From assembly GCA_964016885.1 (NCBI GenBank), contig OZ024745.1, positions 108,314,001 through 108,378,000 of the forward strand: DNA of 64,000 bases, given 5' to 3'. Every line of letters begins with the position of its first letter. Within the stretch, counting starts at the first letter, position 1. The notes below the pieces were generated by a model. It was not told the origin of the DNA and ran no database searches. It was given only the letters and a program-made list of their open reading frames with translations. Below are positions 28,510 to 41,969 of the stretch, one piece after another. The position numbers and the translations under genes are program-made. The stretch comes from Eledone cirrhosa (taxonomy: Eukaryota).

Positions 28510-28793
28510 ATGGTTTCTAATTTAGGCACAAGGCCAGCAAATATTGGGGGGAGGGGAGTCGATTAATTTAAACCCCAGTTCGTTACTAGTGCTTTATTTT
28601 ATTGACCCTGTAAGGATGAAAGGCAAAGCTAACTTTGACAGAATTTGAACTCAGACTGTAAAGGGCCGTAACTGTGCTGCAAAGCATGGTGTAGGACACT
28701 CTACCCATACTACCAATCCACCAAAATTAGGCTCATAATTGTTTCTATTTTTGGCACAAGGCCAGCAATTACCCAGTACATTACTGGTACTTT
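28510..28793 (-). mobile_element. SINE family A, full plus partial copy
   Basis: Homology to other copies. Confidence 0.8.
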
Positions 28794-30504
28794 AGGCTCA
28801 TAATGATATTAATTAAGATAATTTCTTTTATTGGCCACAAGGGCCGAAGGACAATACAAGGATGAATTACAACACAAAGTGAAGTTTACACCACGAAGGA
28901 TCAAAATCAACAAACAATAAATGTAATAATAAATTTACAACAAGAAAAATTCCCCAATAGGGGAAAAGACCACCTTGAGTAATTTAGGGCAGAATCCCTA
29001 CACAAAGATCTGAATTACTCTGTATCACCAAACGCATGAAAAGGGCACCCCTCTCACAGTTTCTCTGAAATCACTGGTGGGCCCTCCAAACCCTTTGTCT
29101 GGCAAGCTTTCTATGCCTGGATGTACTTCCTGTCACCAACCACTTTACAGCATGTACTGGGTGTGTTTATCACGTAGATCACCAACACTAGGGAAGTTGT
29201 CAGTCATGTCCTTGACATAACTGAAGGGCCGTCCCAATATATATATCTATATCTACTATATATAAACTGGGTATTAGAGGAATCAGAAGTCATGTGCAAG
29301 AGAGAAGACTGCATTGATATGGATGGTTATCACTGAGTGAAGAAGCGCCAAGAAATCCCAGTGGAAGGAAGCTGCAACAAAGGAAGCCAAAGAAGACCAG
29401 GAGAGAAGTGATGAGTGCTGATCTCAAATCACTGAAACTCACACTGGAAATGACAAAGAATCCCACCGAGTGGAAAGATGCTGTGCTGAAAAGAAACTGT
29501 CCAAACCATGTAAGCATGGAAACAAAAGGACATAATGATGATGATGATAATGGTGAATATATATCAGGCGTGACTGTGTGGTTAAGTATGTTTCTGAACC
29601 ATGCAGTTTCAGGTTCAGTTTTATTGGGTGGCGCTACAGCTCCAAGCCAACCAATGCCTAGTGAGTGAATTTGGTAGATGTAAACTATAAGAAGACATGT
29701 GTGTGTGTGTGTATGTGTGCATGTATATATGCATAAATATGAATTACATGTATGATAAATTACAAAAGACTAGGAAAGTTGGTCTTTCAAAAAATCCCAT
29801 GCTTTCTTTTGAAACCTCTTTTTTTTTAATTCTATATTTAGTTAAATTATATTCGTATTTTCAGTTGTATGAGCATGTATGTGTTGCTGTTGTTGTTGCT
29901 AAATCATTAGTATTCTGTTTGCAAAAACCTAACTACCAGTCATATATATTTGTTATTACTTTAAACTGTATATCAAACTTTCTAGCTGACAGCAACACAG
30001 TTAAAGTGTTTTTTGTCATATGCAGATTGTTGCAGGAGCTAAACTGAGTAAAGTCAATGTTTTGATGTGTAGCCTACATAGAAAACAATACACAGTTCTT
30101 TGATAAGTCAGATACTGAAATAAATAGACAGACATACAAACAGATACACACACAAACACTCTAAAATTACACTGGATAGGTAGAACCAATGGAAAGGTGG
30201 ACAAAATGCCTTACAGTATTTATTATAGCTCTTTATATTCTGAGTTCAAATCCTGCCATATAATTTATATGTGTGTGTTAATAGAAGAGCAGTGCCAAAT
30301 AGTAATAATGGTTCTTGATTTAAGCACAAGCTCTGCAATTTGATGGAAGTGGAAAATTACTTTATTTTATTGACCCCAGAATGATGAAAGGCAAATTTGA
30401 TCTTGGTGAGATTCAACAAACCCTACAAAGATCAACTTTGTTTTTCTATCATTCTCAATAAAATAATGAACCAATTAAGAATTGAGGTTGATTTTCTTTC
30501 TTTT

Positions 30505-30980
30505 TTTTTTTTGGCTCACCTCAATCAAGGCAATACAGCCACTAAATTACAAGAGGTTACTGAAAAGGGAGAAGGACAAGATAAAGAGAACATAATTCAA
30601 GGAAAGAAAAGATGACAATTGATGAGGCTTTTTTTTTTTTTTTTTTTTTGCAAATTGTAGTGGTCAGGAAAGCAAGAAGCTGGAAGAGAATTCCATAGGG
30701 GAGATATCCAAGGGAAGAAACAATCAGAATAAAATTTGCAATCGCATTTCAGAATTTCAACTGTAAATGGATGAGACCTAGCTGCGAATATGGTGCTCCG
30801 TTTAAACTCATTAAGAGAAGGCAGCAGGGAGGAAAACTCGTCAAAATAATTCCCATGAAAATATTTATAAAAGAAGGCAAAGAGGTAACATTTTGACAGT
30901 GTGATAGTGATTGAAGCTGACATGATAAGTCAGGACCAATAATGTTGATGATTCTTCTTTGGATCTTATCTAGACTCAAA
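30505..30980 (-). mobile_element. 3' fragment of a CR1/Jockey-group LINE
   Basis: LDKIQRRIINIIG..LQSLSH / FYKYFHG..HPFTV..FFP..LWNSLPASCFP..YNLQ, followed by a poly(A)-like tail. Confidence 0.7.
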
Positions 30981-31097
30981 TCACTAGTCTTGTGCTTAAG
31001 TACCTGTTAAGTGTTTGGGGTCGATATACTCAACTGTCCCCTTCCTCCTGAATTGCTGGCCTTGTTAGAATGAATTACTATTATTATAATTATTATG

Positions 31098-31513
31098 GAT
31101 TGGGAGAATCATTTGAGCATCAGAGAAAATGTATTGCAGTATTTGTTCTGGTGCTTACTGGCTTACTGGCCTGAGTTTGAATCTCACCTAGATCAAATTT
31201 GTTTTTCATTATTCTGGAGTCAATAAAAAGTACCAGTCATGTATTAGGGTCGATTTAATCGACTTTTCTCTCCCCTTCAAATTGTTGGCCTTGTGCCTAA
31301 AAGTAGAAACAATTATTATTATTATTATTGTTATATAGGGCTGTGGTTTGGCAGTCAGACACCATGCTTCGCAGCATAGGAGTTATGGTCCTTTACATTC
31401 TGAGTTCAAATCCCGCCAGGCTAATTTTACTTTTCATCCTTACAGAGTCGATAAAATAAAGCACCAGTAATGCTCTGGGGTAATTGCTGGCCTTGTGCCA
31501 AAAGCAGAAACAT

Positions 31514-31515
<2 letters not shown>
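31098..31515 (+). mobile_element. two tandem SINE family A copies
   Basis: Homology to other copies; AAT-rich linker. Confidence 0.75.
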
Positions 31516-31562
<47 letters not shown>

Positions 31563-32344
31563 CTATCATCATTGTTTTAATGTCTGCTTTCCCTGCTAGC
31601 AATACACATATATATATACATATGTGTGTGTATGTGTGCATGGTGTGTGTATAAAGAGAAGATGTCTGTTACAAGTGAATTTATAAATAAATAAAGGGGC
31701 ACAGAATGGGATTAGTGTTGAAATAGGTTCAAATGAGTTAATCAGATTCTGTCTGGTAAAGTCCACCACCTTTTATTATTATTTTATCACCAGTTCAGAG
31801 CACATAGTGCCAGAACAATGGAAATTAGACCAAGTCAACTTGGCAATCCAAGACTTTAGAATCAGTACTGGCATAGTTTCAATCTGCCAAAAGGTATAAG
31901 TTTAATCAGAAAAGCACAAGAAGCTAAAGTCAGCTGAACAATGACAGTTACTTTTCAGAAAACCAAATACACAAATAGTTTAATGGCCCCTTTCCAAAAT
32001 TCCCTTTTCTATATGATTGGCCTATTTCTCAATTGTTCATCAGAAATTAAATTGCAGATATTCGTTTCTGCTATTTAATTTTTTGTTTTTCTTTTCTTTC
32101 TCTTTAAAGGAAATTTTAATTATCTCGGAAACGTATCTTCATCTTAGAACAAACATGAAAATATTTGTGTTCTTTTCTCACATAACATCCTACAGTATGA
32201 TATGACGATTTGATTGAGGTTTCAATGAAGGTTTTGTTGGGGTTTTTGTGAGAAAGGATGAAGGGATTACATTTTGGCATTAAAATTTTATTTTATTTTA
32301 AATCATTTTTCAGTTCAATAACAATTACTGAACAACTAGTTTAA

Positions 32345-32543
32345 CCCTTTAGCATTCACATTACTCTATATATACTATAATATTTTCATGGTAAAGGCTT
32401 TACCTCGCATAATTATCTCACATAATATCGAATCTATTTGAGAACAATACCTTAACATCAGTTTGAGTGACCAGTTACAGCCAGTTTCAACAGAAAAAGG
32501 TAGAGAATTCTGGCCAGTTTTGGCCGGTTTGAACATTAAAGGG
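32345..32543. mobile_element. piggyBac-type MITE
   Basis: TTAA|CCCTTTAGCATTC … GAACATTAAAGGG|TTAA. Confidence 0.8.
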
Positions 32544-33250
32544 TTAAATAAACACACACACACACACACACACACTAGCACTATCTTACTAACTGTAAGA
32601 TAGGGAATTTGTCTAGTCACACAGGTGTATCTATATACAGACACACACACATATTATATATATATATCATTATCATCGTTTAATGTCCATTTCCAATGCT
32701 TGCATAGGTTAGATGGGTTGTCATGTTATGAGTCAGGTCAGGTCCAGAGACCACATCTTGCTCATATAGACCTGTACTTTGGTTTGGTTTCTATGACTGG
32801 ATACCTTTCTAACACCAACCACGTTACAGTGTGGATTGGGTGCTTCTTATCATGGCATTGATATGACCACCGCATAAAGTGAACAGGGCGTTTTTGTTCA
32901 CGACCACTTTACAGTGCTTTTTGTCATTTCACCAGCACAACACCCTTACAGTGTACACTGGGTGCTTTTTCTCATGTAGTCCTCATAATCATTATAGGCT
33001 GACCTGGGTGCTTATGTTGTTGTGGCACAGGTTCAGCATCCAGAGTAGATTTGTGCTTTTTGTTATGGCATGGCATGTGGAGGGTTGTAGTTGCTGCAGA
33101 TAATAAGTATCTTATTATTATACAGAAACTGAGCAATATGACAGCAGCAGCTTGAAAAATTAGACTTCCCCTATACTTTCAAATAGAGGATGAAAGCAGA
33201 TATTATTTGCTTAAACTTTTATTCTGTGCTATTGATAGACATAATAAATA

Positions 33251-33465
33251 TATATATTGTTATATTTGAGAGGGTCATATTGTTATAATATTGCCCGAAA
33301 TATATAATACAACACACTCTATAAAATATACAGAAGCAAAAACCAACCCAAACCAAACAGTGAATGTGTTTTATTATATATTTCTGGTAATATTATAAGA
33401 ATATGACCCTCCCCAAATATAACAATATTTGTTTCAACTCATATAAAAGACCTTGCAAAACAAAT
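33251..33465. mobile_element. short diverged palindrome related to the termini of the 24.3-kb palindrome
   Basis: ATATTGTTATATTTG.GAGGGTCATAT … ATATGACCCTCCCCAAATATAACAATAT, plus an extension ending ACCTTGCAAAAC. Confidence 0.7.
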
Positions 33466-33475
33466 TCATCAGCAT

Positions 33476-33510
<35 letters not shown>

Positions 33511-33517
<7 letters not shown>

Positions 33518-33813
33518 TAAAAGGAAAAGAAAATGGTGACAAATTGTTCCCAGTGAAAAATAGTTTAATTAGGAATAAGTAAAAATTAGTAATAAGTATT
33601 GGTTAGTATTCAGTTTTAGTTTTAAGTTTTTACCGGTTGCGCATTTCTAATGCTTTTCAAAAATAATTTTGAGATAGAGCGCCCGTGATGTTTGCTCTAT
33701 TACTAATTTTTACTTATTCCTAATTAAACTATTTTTCACTGGGAACAATTTGTCACCATTTTCTTTTCCTTTTACTAATATATCACAACTCGTGTGTTAC
33801 ACCTCTATTCTTT

Positions 33814-33820
<7 letters not shown>
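33511..33820. mobile_element. palindromic element in (TA)n with 84-bp arms and a one-sided tail
   Basis: Arms 33511-33594 / 33698-33781; the spacer carries a decayed hammerhead on the minus strand (tTGAAaA-GCAT-tagaa-ATGC-GcAA-CCGG-TA). Confidence 0.75.
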
Positions 33821-33860
<40 letters not shown>

Positions 33861-33959
33861 GAAAGTTTAAGCAACATAAACAATAGGGTTTCTTTTAGGC
33901 AAACTCTTAGTTTATCAAAATGCAAATTTCCTAATTTTTATGATTTTTTTATATATCTA

Positions 33960-34620
33960 GTGTTTGATGCTGAGTGTTGCATGACAGGAATGAAAATCAG
34001 TGCTGCAAAAACTGAGGTACTCTTTCTCTCAAGGAAGCCTGCACAGTGCACTCTACATGTGAATGAAGTTCTACTGAATCAGGTAAAGAAGTTCAAGTAT
34101 CTCGGGGCTGTGTTCACGAGTGATGGAAAGCAGGAGGCTGAATTAAGTGCAAGAATTGCAAGAACTGGTGCAATAATGTGTCAGCTTCAGCATTCAGTAA
34201 TCAGAAGGGAGGTTGGCGTAAAAGCCAAACTCGCTATCTTCAATTTGGTTTTCATGCCAACCCTTACCTATGGCCATGAATCTTGGGTAATGACCGAAAG
34301 AATATGATCACAAATACATGTGGCCGAAATGGGATTCCGCCGAAGGGTATTTGGAGTAACATTACTCGATAAAGTGCGTAACTCAGAATGTCTCGCTGGA
34401 CAGATTTTATGGGCAAAACCAACCAGCAAGAGACCCAGAGGTAGACCCCCCCCCGAGCAAGATGGTTGGATAACATCCATGAGTTTGACTGGTCTCGCTT
34501 GGGGATCCAGCCAGATCAGTTGGAGATGGTTGCTTCTGACAGGACCCGCTGGAAGGAGTGTTTGAGGATTCTGCCCCCACAACTCACTCGGGAATTAATG
34601 GGCAAAGAAGAAGAGAAAAA
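33960..34620 (+). mobile_element. RTE (Expander/Rex3-like) LINE 3' fragment
   Basis: GMKISAAKTEVL..FKYLGAVFTSDGK..LTYGHESWVMTERI..AEMGFRRRVFGVTLLDKVRNSE..RPRGRP. Confidence 0.85.
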
Positions 34621-35311
34621 GATGGCATACCAACTCCGGACTCCAAAAATCAAATCAATCCAATGTTAATGTCATCATTATTGATAACACGGGTTCACTA
34701 GATATTAACAAGAATCATAAAATAATGATTTCTTTCAAGGAGGTCTTTCCTTCCTTAAAATGTCAGATGATGTTTCTCTTCAAAGCACACAAACTTATCT
34801 TATTTCAAAAATGTTATTATTTGCATCTATGGTTCAATCTATCTGGTGTCATTTTTTGAATAGAAATAAAGAAAACCTCACAAAATCTTTAAATAAAAGG
34901 TAAAGCAAAATATATTATTTTTCTGTAATTATAAATCATTCACAATTATATTAAATAACGAACTAGGTCTTCAAATAAGGTATTAATAAAAGTGGAATCA
35001 AAATAAAAAAGTTGTATCATGAAATGAAATATCTTTTTCTCATGCTCTATTAATTTATTTTTCTTCTTTTTTTTTTTACATGGTGAACCAATATCAATTT
35101 ACTTTCTTGAAAATCCTTCAAGAGTTAACTTAAACCAATGAAAGTGTTTATTTAGTTTCACTTTGTCTCCTCCTGTTCATTTGACTCTGATTTCTAATGC
35201 AAGTTTATCTTCTGTATGCACTCAGGATTAGAAGTTATTGATAAAAGAAATTCTATGAGAAAAATGATAGGCTATGCCACCAAAATATAGAAGGTTAAAA
35301 ATCACATATAT

Positions 35312-35380
<69 letters not shown>

Positions 35381-35914
35381 CAAAACAGAGGAGGGGTACA
35401 AAGAGAACACTAAAAGAAAGGAAGAACTCTGATCTACATACATAAAAATAAAAAGTTTTAAAAAATCATTATAACATAACAAGCAACAACATATCTGTAA
35501 AAACTGGCTGGCTTGTTTGAAAAGTCAGAAAACTATAAGCAAACAGCCTTGCAGCATAGATATGTTGTTTGCCTGTGCATGAAACCATGTGTTTAGATTA
35601 GATTTTCATTTCATAGTTTGAAGTTCTCACAGTAAGGAACGGACTGAATGAATACAGTTTAGTATGAAGTCACTGATTGTCCACTCAATATCTCATTAAA
35701 AAAAAAAGAAATAAAGATGAACAAAAAGAAATAGATATACAAACAAATTTCTATATACAAAAAAAAAAACAGGAAAAATACAGAAAAATAAACCAACCAA
35801 CAAACAAAACAAATGTTTGGTGAATGAGAAAGTTAAGAAATAAGTTAAAAATGGTGCAATATATCTCAATATACTGACACACACATATAGATACAAAAAG
35901 CCAAAGATTTTTAC

Positions 35915-35923
35915 CTATAGAGC
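35915..35923 (-). CDS. candidate 9-nt microexon
   Basis: tttattttttatctttttctttctgatatcttcag|GCTCTATAG|gtaaaa; frame-preserving and on the same strand as the 5463-5503 candidate. Confidence 0.25.
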   Translation of the reverse strand, partial: AL

Positions 35924-36474
35924 CTGAAGATATCAGAAAGAAAAAGATAAAAAATAAATTTATATATATAGTCAAAAGTGTTTTAGGTGTTTAAAAAATA
36001 TAACATGAAAAGGCAAAACTACATGAAAGAACAAAAACGAGAAAAACTAGCAAAAATTTACCAAGTACGAATTTTAGTGTAAAAATAACAATTAAATTCT
36101 AGTAAGATATCAACAGAAAAAAAAAAAAATATGCATAAATAAGGACAAATATATATATATATATATATATTAAAGCATAAACAAATAAATATGTAAATTA
36201 CATATCAAATCATCCTAACATTGAAAACCAGACTTATATGTACATTTTATATATAATCATCATCATCATTTATCGTCTGTTTCCTCTGCTAGCAAAGGGT
36301 AATATACATATATGTGTGTGTGAGTATGTGTCTGATATTGCTGAACATGAGAATGAATACTCAATATCAAAGTAGAGTTAAATAATCTTTATTATAACAA
36401 ACAAAAGAAAAATAAAGGCTCACCATTTAGCCATAATAAAGTGTGTATGTGTGTGTATATATATACGCATTGTA

Positions 36475-36505
<31 letters not shown>

Positions 36506-36509
<4 letters not shown>

Positions 36510-36818
36510 TAAAATATAAGTATTAATAAAATAGATGTTCATTTGATCAATTACATTTTATTATACATATTTCGGATGTACAACAGTACGTCCTCATCAG
36601 ATGTTAAATGGTTAAGATTTAATCAATTTTGTCTGATGAGGACGTACTGTTGTACATCCAAAATATGTATAATAAAATGTAATTGATCAAAAGAACATCT
36701 ATATTATTAATACTTATATTTTAATATTAATAACTCCAGAAAAATATTTTTCCGTTGAGTGCTTCCAATCTACTGTAAAACTCCTTCTCTGACATAATCA
36801 TTGAATATTGTTTAACAC

Positions 36819-36825
<7 letters not shown>
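36506..36825 (+). mobile_element. palindromic double-hammerhead mini-element with tail, in (TA)n (family Y)
   Basis: 96-bp arms 36506-36601 / 36632-36727, each with CTGATGA-GGACGTAC-tgtt-GTACATCC-(G/A)AAA-TATGTA-TA; tail ACTCCA..TTGAGTGCT. Confidence 0.85.
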
Positions 36826-36856
<31 letters not shown>

Positions 36857-36869
36857 ATATACGCAAACG

Positions 36870-37453
36870 GCAAAGCATAAACAAATTGAGAGGAGACTGA
36901 GCATAAGAGGAATCAAATGTTGTGAGCAGGAGAGGTGGTTGCGTTGGTATGGACATGTGATGCGTATGAAGGATGACAGCTGCATAAAAAGGTGCAGAGC
37001 ACTAGAAGTCGATGGAAAACACGGAGTGGGAGACCAAAGAAGACCTGGGATGAGGTGATAAAAGCTGACCTTACCCAATTACACACGACCATGACCTCTG
37101 GCGTCATGCAGTAATACAGAAGACCCGACCTCCCACGGGTACAAGCCGAAGCTGAAGCATATAGACAATATTCCCCCACACCCACCCACTGCAAAGTGGT
37201 CGTGGAGGTGCCATGGCAAAAAAGCACCCAGCCCACACAGTAAAGTGGACGTGTAGGCGCCACGGAAAAAAGCACTCAGCACTCACTGTAAATTAGGTTG
37301 GTGTTAGGAAGGGCATCCAATTGTAGAAATCAAGCCAGAATCAGTTCCCATATGAACAAGGCATGGTCAACCCACCGGACACTGCCCACAACAGGACAAC
37401 CCGTCTAACCCATGCTAGCGTGGAAGAACGGATGTAAAACGGTGATGATGATG
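36870..37453 (+). mobile_element. 5'-truncated RTE LINE end with repeat-containing 3' region
   Basis: RWYGHVMRMKDDSCIKRC..GRPKKTWDEV, internal repeats, (GAT)n tail. Confidence 0.8.
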
Positions 37454-37789
37454 ATATACATATTTGATATTTGATCAGCTAAGTGTAGAACTGGTTGTTC
37501 TGGTAGGCAAATTATGATGCAACGAATTAATAAAATACTGAACGTTATGCATGTCCATTGTAGATGTGGTATCCACTGATTGGTACAGGAAACAGGGTAA
37601 AGTATTTAAAATGACCACAGAAAGCCAGACTGGAAGATATACTGACTTGAGGCTGTCATCACACACTACAACAGTATTTTTTCAGACAGACCCCAGTCAA
37701 ATTTTCATTTTTCATTTTTCAATTTCTTTTTCAAAGACCAATGTGGTAATTTTAGGGATATTTACTAATATTACTATTGTCTAGCATGT

Positions 37790-38560
37790 GTCATTTTGGA
37801 ATGGCTTAATAATTTTATAGTGCCAGAGTCACAAAGTGGTTTTCATGTGAAAAGAGGCACTAATGATATAATTTACAGTCAGACAACTGTAGAAAAATGT
37901 ATTGAACAAAACCTTGCCCTCTACCATTATTTTGTTGATCTCATTAAGGCGTTTGATACTGTTAATAGGAATGCTCTGTGGTTGGTTCTGTCGAAATTTG
38001 GATGCCCTCAAATGTTTGTGAATTTATTGAAAGCTCTACACAAAGTCATGAAAGCCAGAGTTAACTTTGAGGGCACACTCTCTGGGCCTTTTGCTGTGGA
38101 AAATGGTGTGAAACAGAGAATGGTTTGCAAGTGCTGATCTCTGCATTTGAGTCGGCAAGTGATATATTTGGTTTGACCATAAACATAAAGAAAATGGTAG
38201 TTTTATGTCAACCTGCCCCTGATCATGTGCACCAACCAAAAATATATGTAAGGGGTAAACTTCTTAAGGTTGTTGAATCATTCATATGTCTTGGAAGCAC
38301 AATGAGTAAAGATGGAACATTGGATCCAGAAATATCTCTAAAGATTAAAAGGCAACAAAATCTTTTGGTAATTTAGCGTCTCTGGCTTGGTCACAAAGAC
38401 ATATGAAGATGAAACAAAAATTTCTGTTTATAGAGGTTTTGTATTATCCTCCCTTCTGTACTCATCTGAAACTTGGACATGTTACAAATATTACATCAGA
38501 CTCCTGGAATGATTCCACCAAAAATGCTTATGTCATATTCTAAAAATAAAATGGTCATTT
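37790..38560 (+). mobile_element. degenerate BovB-like RTE reverse-transcriptase fragment
   Basis: PESQSGF..EKCIEQN..FVDLIKAFDTVNR..KFGCP..NGVKQ / FGLTINIKK..LGST..LDPEIS, with an internal deletion. Confidence 0.8.
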
Positions 38561-39005
38561 GGCCTGACTTGGCTCATAACAGGACCACCCAGTAACACAG
38601 CTCCACTATGAGTAAGGCTTGGTGCAGCCAACTGGCCTAATCTCCCTCATAATGGGACCACCCAGCTCCCAAATTATGGTTCTGATGTGAGCAGGGTACA
38701 GTACGGCCAACTGGTCAGACACTCCTCATAACAGTACTACCCAGGGCTCCGCTATAAGTAAGGTTTGGTACAGCCAACTGGCCTAACCTCCTTCATAGTG
38801 GGATCCCCCAGCTCCCAAACTATGGTTCTGATGTGAGCAGGCTATGGTGCAGCCAACTGGGCAGACCCTCCTCATAACAGTGCCATCCAGTTCTACCCTG
38901 TAAATGTGATTGGTGTTAGGAAGGGCATCCAACTTTAAAAATCCCAGGTAAAATACAGTTCCGTCTGAGCAAGGTACAGTGTGGCCAGCTGGCCAGACTT
39001 GTCTC
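38560..39005. repeat. diverged tandem repeat, period about 146 bp with two related subunits
   Basis: GCCAACTGG at about 38627, 38706, 38772 and 38852; CCCAGCTCCCAAA.TATGGTTCTGATGTGAGCAGG occurs twice. Confidence 0.75.
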
Positions 39006-40244
39006 ATGATGTGGGTGACTCGTCTAGATGGAAATGGACATTAAATGGTGATGATATACTTGAAAAGTTTTGCTCAGGAAGAGTCAATAAAGATTTATAA
39101 ATAAAGGTAAAGCTAGACAGGTCAATAATGTGTCTGATAGCCAATCAAATGTTTGATGGTTCATATACTACCAATTGTAACTCACTGAAGCCAATGATCT
39201 ATCTACATGATAGCTTGATCTGCTAGGTATTCCAGCTAAATTTAACTAAAATTGCACACTATCATACTAAAAAGATTATCATCATCACTGTTTAACAGCC
39301 ATTTTCCATGCTAGCGTGGGTTAAACGGGTTGTAAGGTTAAGGGACAAGTCAGGTCTGGAGACCATGTCTTGCACATATGGATCTGTATTTTGTCTTGGT
39401 TTCAACAGCTGGATATCGTTCCTAACACCAATCACATTTACAGTGTGGACTGGATGCTTTTTGTTGTGACATTAACACGACCACTTTACAGTATGGACTG
39501 AGCGCTTTTTGTTATGGCACCTACACATATATATATATTGGGTAATGTAGTTCTAGCAAAAAAAATAAAAAAGAAAACTGACAAAATGATGTAAACCTAA
39601 GCAGATTGCAGACAAAGAAAAATAACATATGTATCCACAACATGGCACATCAAACCTCCTGTAGCCATTGTCGAAATGTTGAAATGAATTCAGCTGCCAT
39701 ATATACATCATGATTGCTAATCACATGCAATTAACTAGTTTATATGACTCCTAACTCAGCATTATTAAAAAACTACATTTGTTTAAGACCTTTATATAAA
39801 AATGTCTATGTATGTCAATATTTTCGAGGCGGCATAATGGCAGGTTTTCTGGAAGTTAAGAAAACTCTTAGGAAAAGAAATGATAGTTGTAAGGGTTAAA
39901 AGTTTTTTTTCTCTTACAAGTCATGTGGTTTCATGTGAAATAGGGTGTTAAGAGTTTCACAGATTTTTTTTTTTAAATAAAAAAAAAATAAAAAAAATTC
40001 TGGCCACATATGTTCAAAACAAGTATATCAGAGATTTGTGAAAGATTACTCTTGTGAGTTTTAATACAATGCATGTAATTAGTAAGTCAAGCATTTAGTG
40101 GAAAAGAAATGGTGTTCTGCAAGCAAAAGTAGAAAAGCTGGCATAAAACAAAGGCAGCTCTATCATTTACTTATTGTTTGTATGTTGTTGTAGTGCACCT
40201 GAGCACTACACAATAATTTCAGTATATTATATATTAGTCAATTT

Positions 40245-40575
40245 GTGAAGGTATGTGGCTTAGTAGTTAGAGTGTTGGGCTCACAAGTGAGGTTATGAGT
40301 TCTATTCCTGGACTGAGTGGTGCATTGTGTCTTTGAGCAAGCTACTTTATTTCCTGTTGCTCCAGTTCACTTAACTGGAAAAATAATGAATTGCAACGTT
40401 ACTGGTGCAAAGCTGTATCAGCCTTTACCTTTTGCTTAAACAACATTGGTGGTGTGCAAAGGTGTGACTGGTATGCATGGCGACTGCTAGTCTTCCACAA
40501 AAGCACCTTGCCTGGACTTGTGCCTTGGAACGGAAACTTTCTAGGTGCAAAACTTGTAATCATTCATGACCAAAG
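40245..40575 (+). mobile_element. tRNA/CORE-like SINE with a different 3' part
   Basis: TGGCTTAGTAGTTAGAG head, TTGAGCAAGCTACTTTATTTCC..TTGCTCCAGTTCAC; 3' part similar to 26850-26980. Confidence 0.7.
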
Positions 40576-40957
40576 TGGGGCCTACAATTAGTCAATTTAT
40601 TTTAAAAATCCTACACCAGTATCAGCTTGAGTATGAACTAAGATTCAATAGAGAAACTAGTCTAGTCTAACATATGAGGATTGTGATTTACCATCAAGCT
40701 TTTCTCATTCATCACATAATTTCATCAATTCTTGGTTGTGAAATACATCTAGCAAGAGCAACAACAAAATATAAAAAAAAGAGGAGGGGACAGAAAATTT
40801 TATTTAAAACTGCTTTATACAAATTCTAATAAATAAGAAGTTAATGCCATTTGAACATTTAAACAATTTAGCAACATTTCTTTCTTTCTTTCTTTCTCAT
40901 CCGCCCTGCCAACAGCATTAATATATCTGATTACAATTTCAAGACAGGATGATGATG

Positions 40958-40997
<40 letters not shown>

Positions 40998-41969
40998 ATT
41001 CCCTCAACAGAAAATTGAAAAAGAAAAGAAAATGAATAAAATTTAAATTACTCAAAAAATTTTAGCAACAAAAATCAAATAAAATTTAAAAGTTAAAGGT
41101 GATTGTATCAGGCTAACTCCAACTTATTTCCAATTTTGCAAGCAAGTTCTTCGGAAAATGTGCAGTTCAGCAAACTCTTAAGATCGATTGAGAGATTGTC
41201 ACAGAATAAATCTGAAGACAGATTAAGAAATTACTGAAGAATAACAGTGTCGATATATCTAGTCTTAGGAATAAATTGGTTTTTTTTCACGGAACACTTC
41301 ATTTAAGCAGGTTACAAACTTAATTAAGGATTTGCCACCGTTCCATGGGTTTGAGAGTTATTTTATTTAATTCATTTACTGTTAAATCACACTTAAAAAA
41401 AAAAAATTGTGTAATTTTTCGAGAACAATTTTTTTTTAGATATTTTTTCAAGGCACCAAAAAATAAGCATATATAAAACATAAAAAAAAAGTGATGAAAT
41501 ATTTCCTTTTTTTGTTTTCTTTTTTTTTTTTTGTCAGGAGAGAAGGAACTCTATCAGAATAATTTCAATTATCTATTGAGACACAGATAGTCAGTCAGAA
41601 ATATTAACACTTTTGACATGCTTTATGGTACATGGTATGAGACACTGTATGTATCTAGTTTTAAATAGATACACTGTATCATTGCTTGCCATAAGACATG
41701 ACTTAAAGGGCTGGTGCCAGGAAGGGCATCCAGAAGTAAGGCACTATGTCAAAAAGGAACATATGAGTTGGTACTACTTCTAGTGATAACAATAATGCAA
41801 CTATGTGATTCTTCAACCATCTAAAAGTAGCAAACAAATCTCCCTCAAATTCTAGCCTACCATTTCAAATAAGAAAAGCACAAAGATAATGTCTCACATA
41901 CTATTAAAATGCCAATGCTGGCATGCCTTAGATCAGGGGCCTCAAACACGAAAACTCAAAAGGGCCATT

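Noticed and set aside
31794-31893. Possible 100-nt plus-strand exon (cag|TTCAGAG..CAAAAG|gtataa)
   Set aside because: One open frame but no recognisable peptide, a weak donor, and the opposite strand to the better exon candidate.
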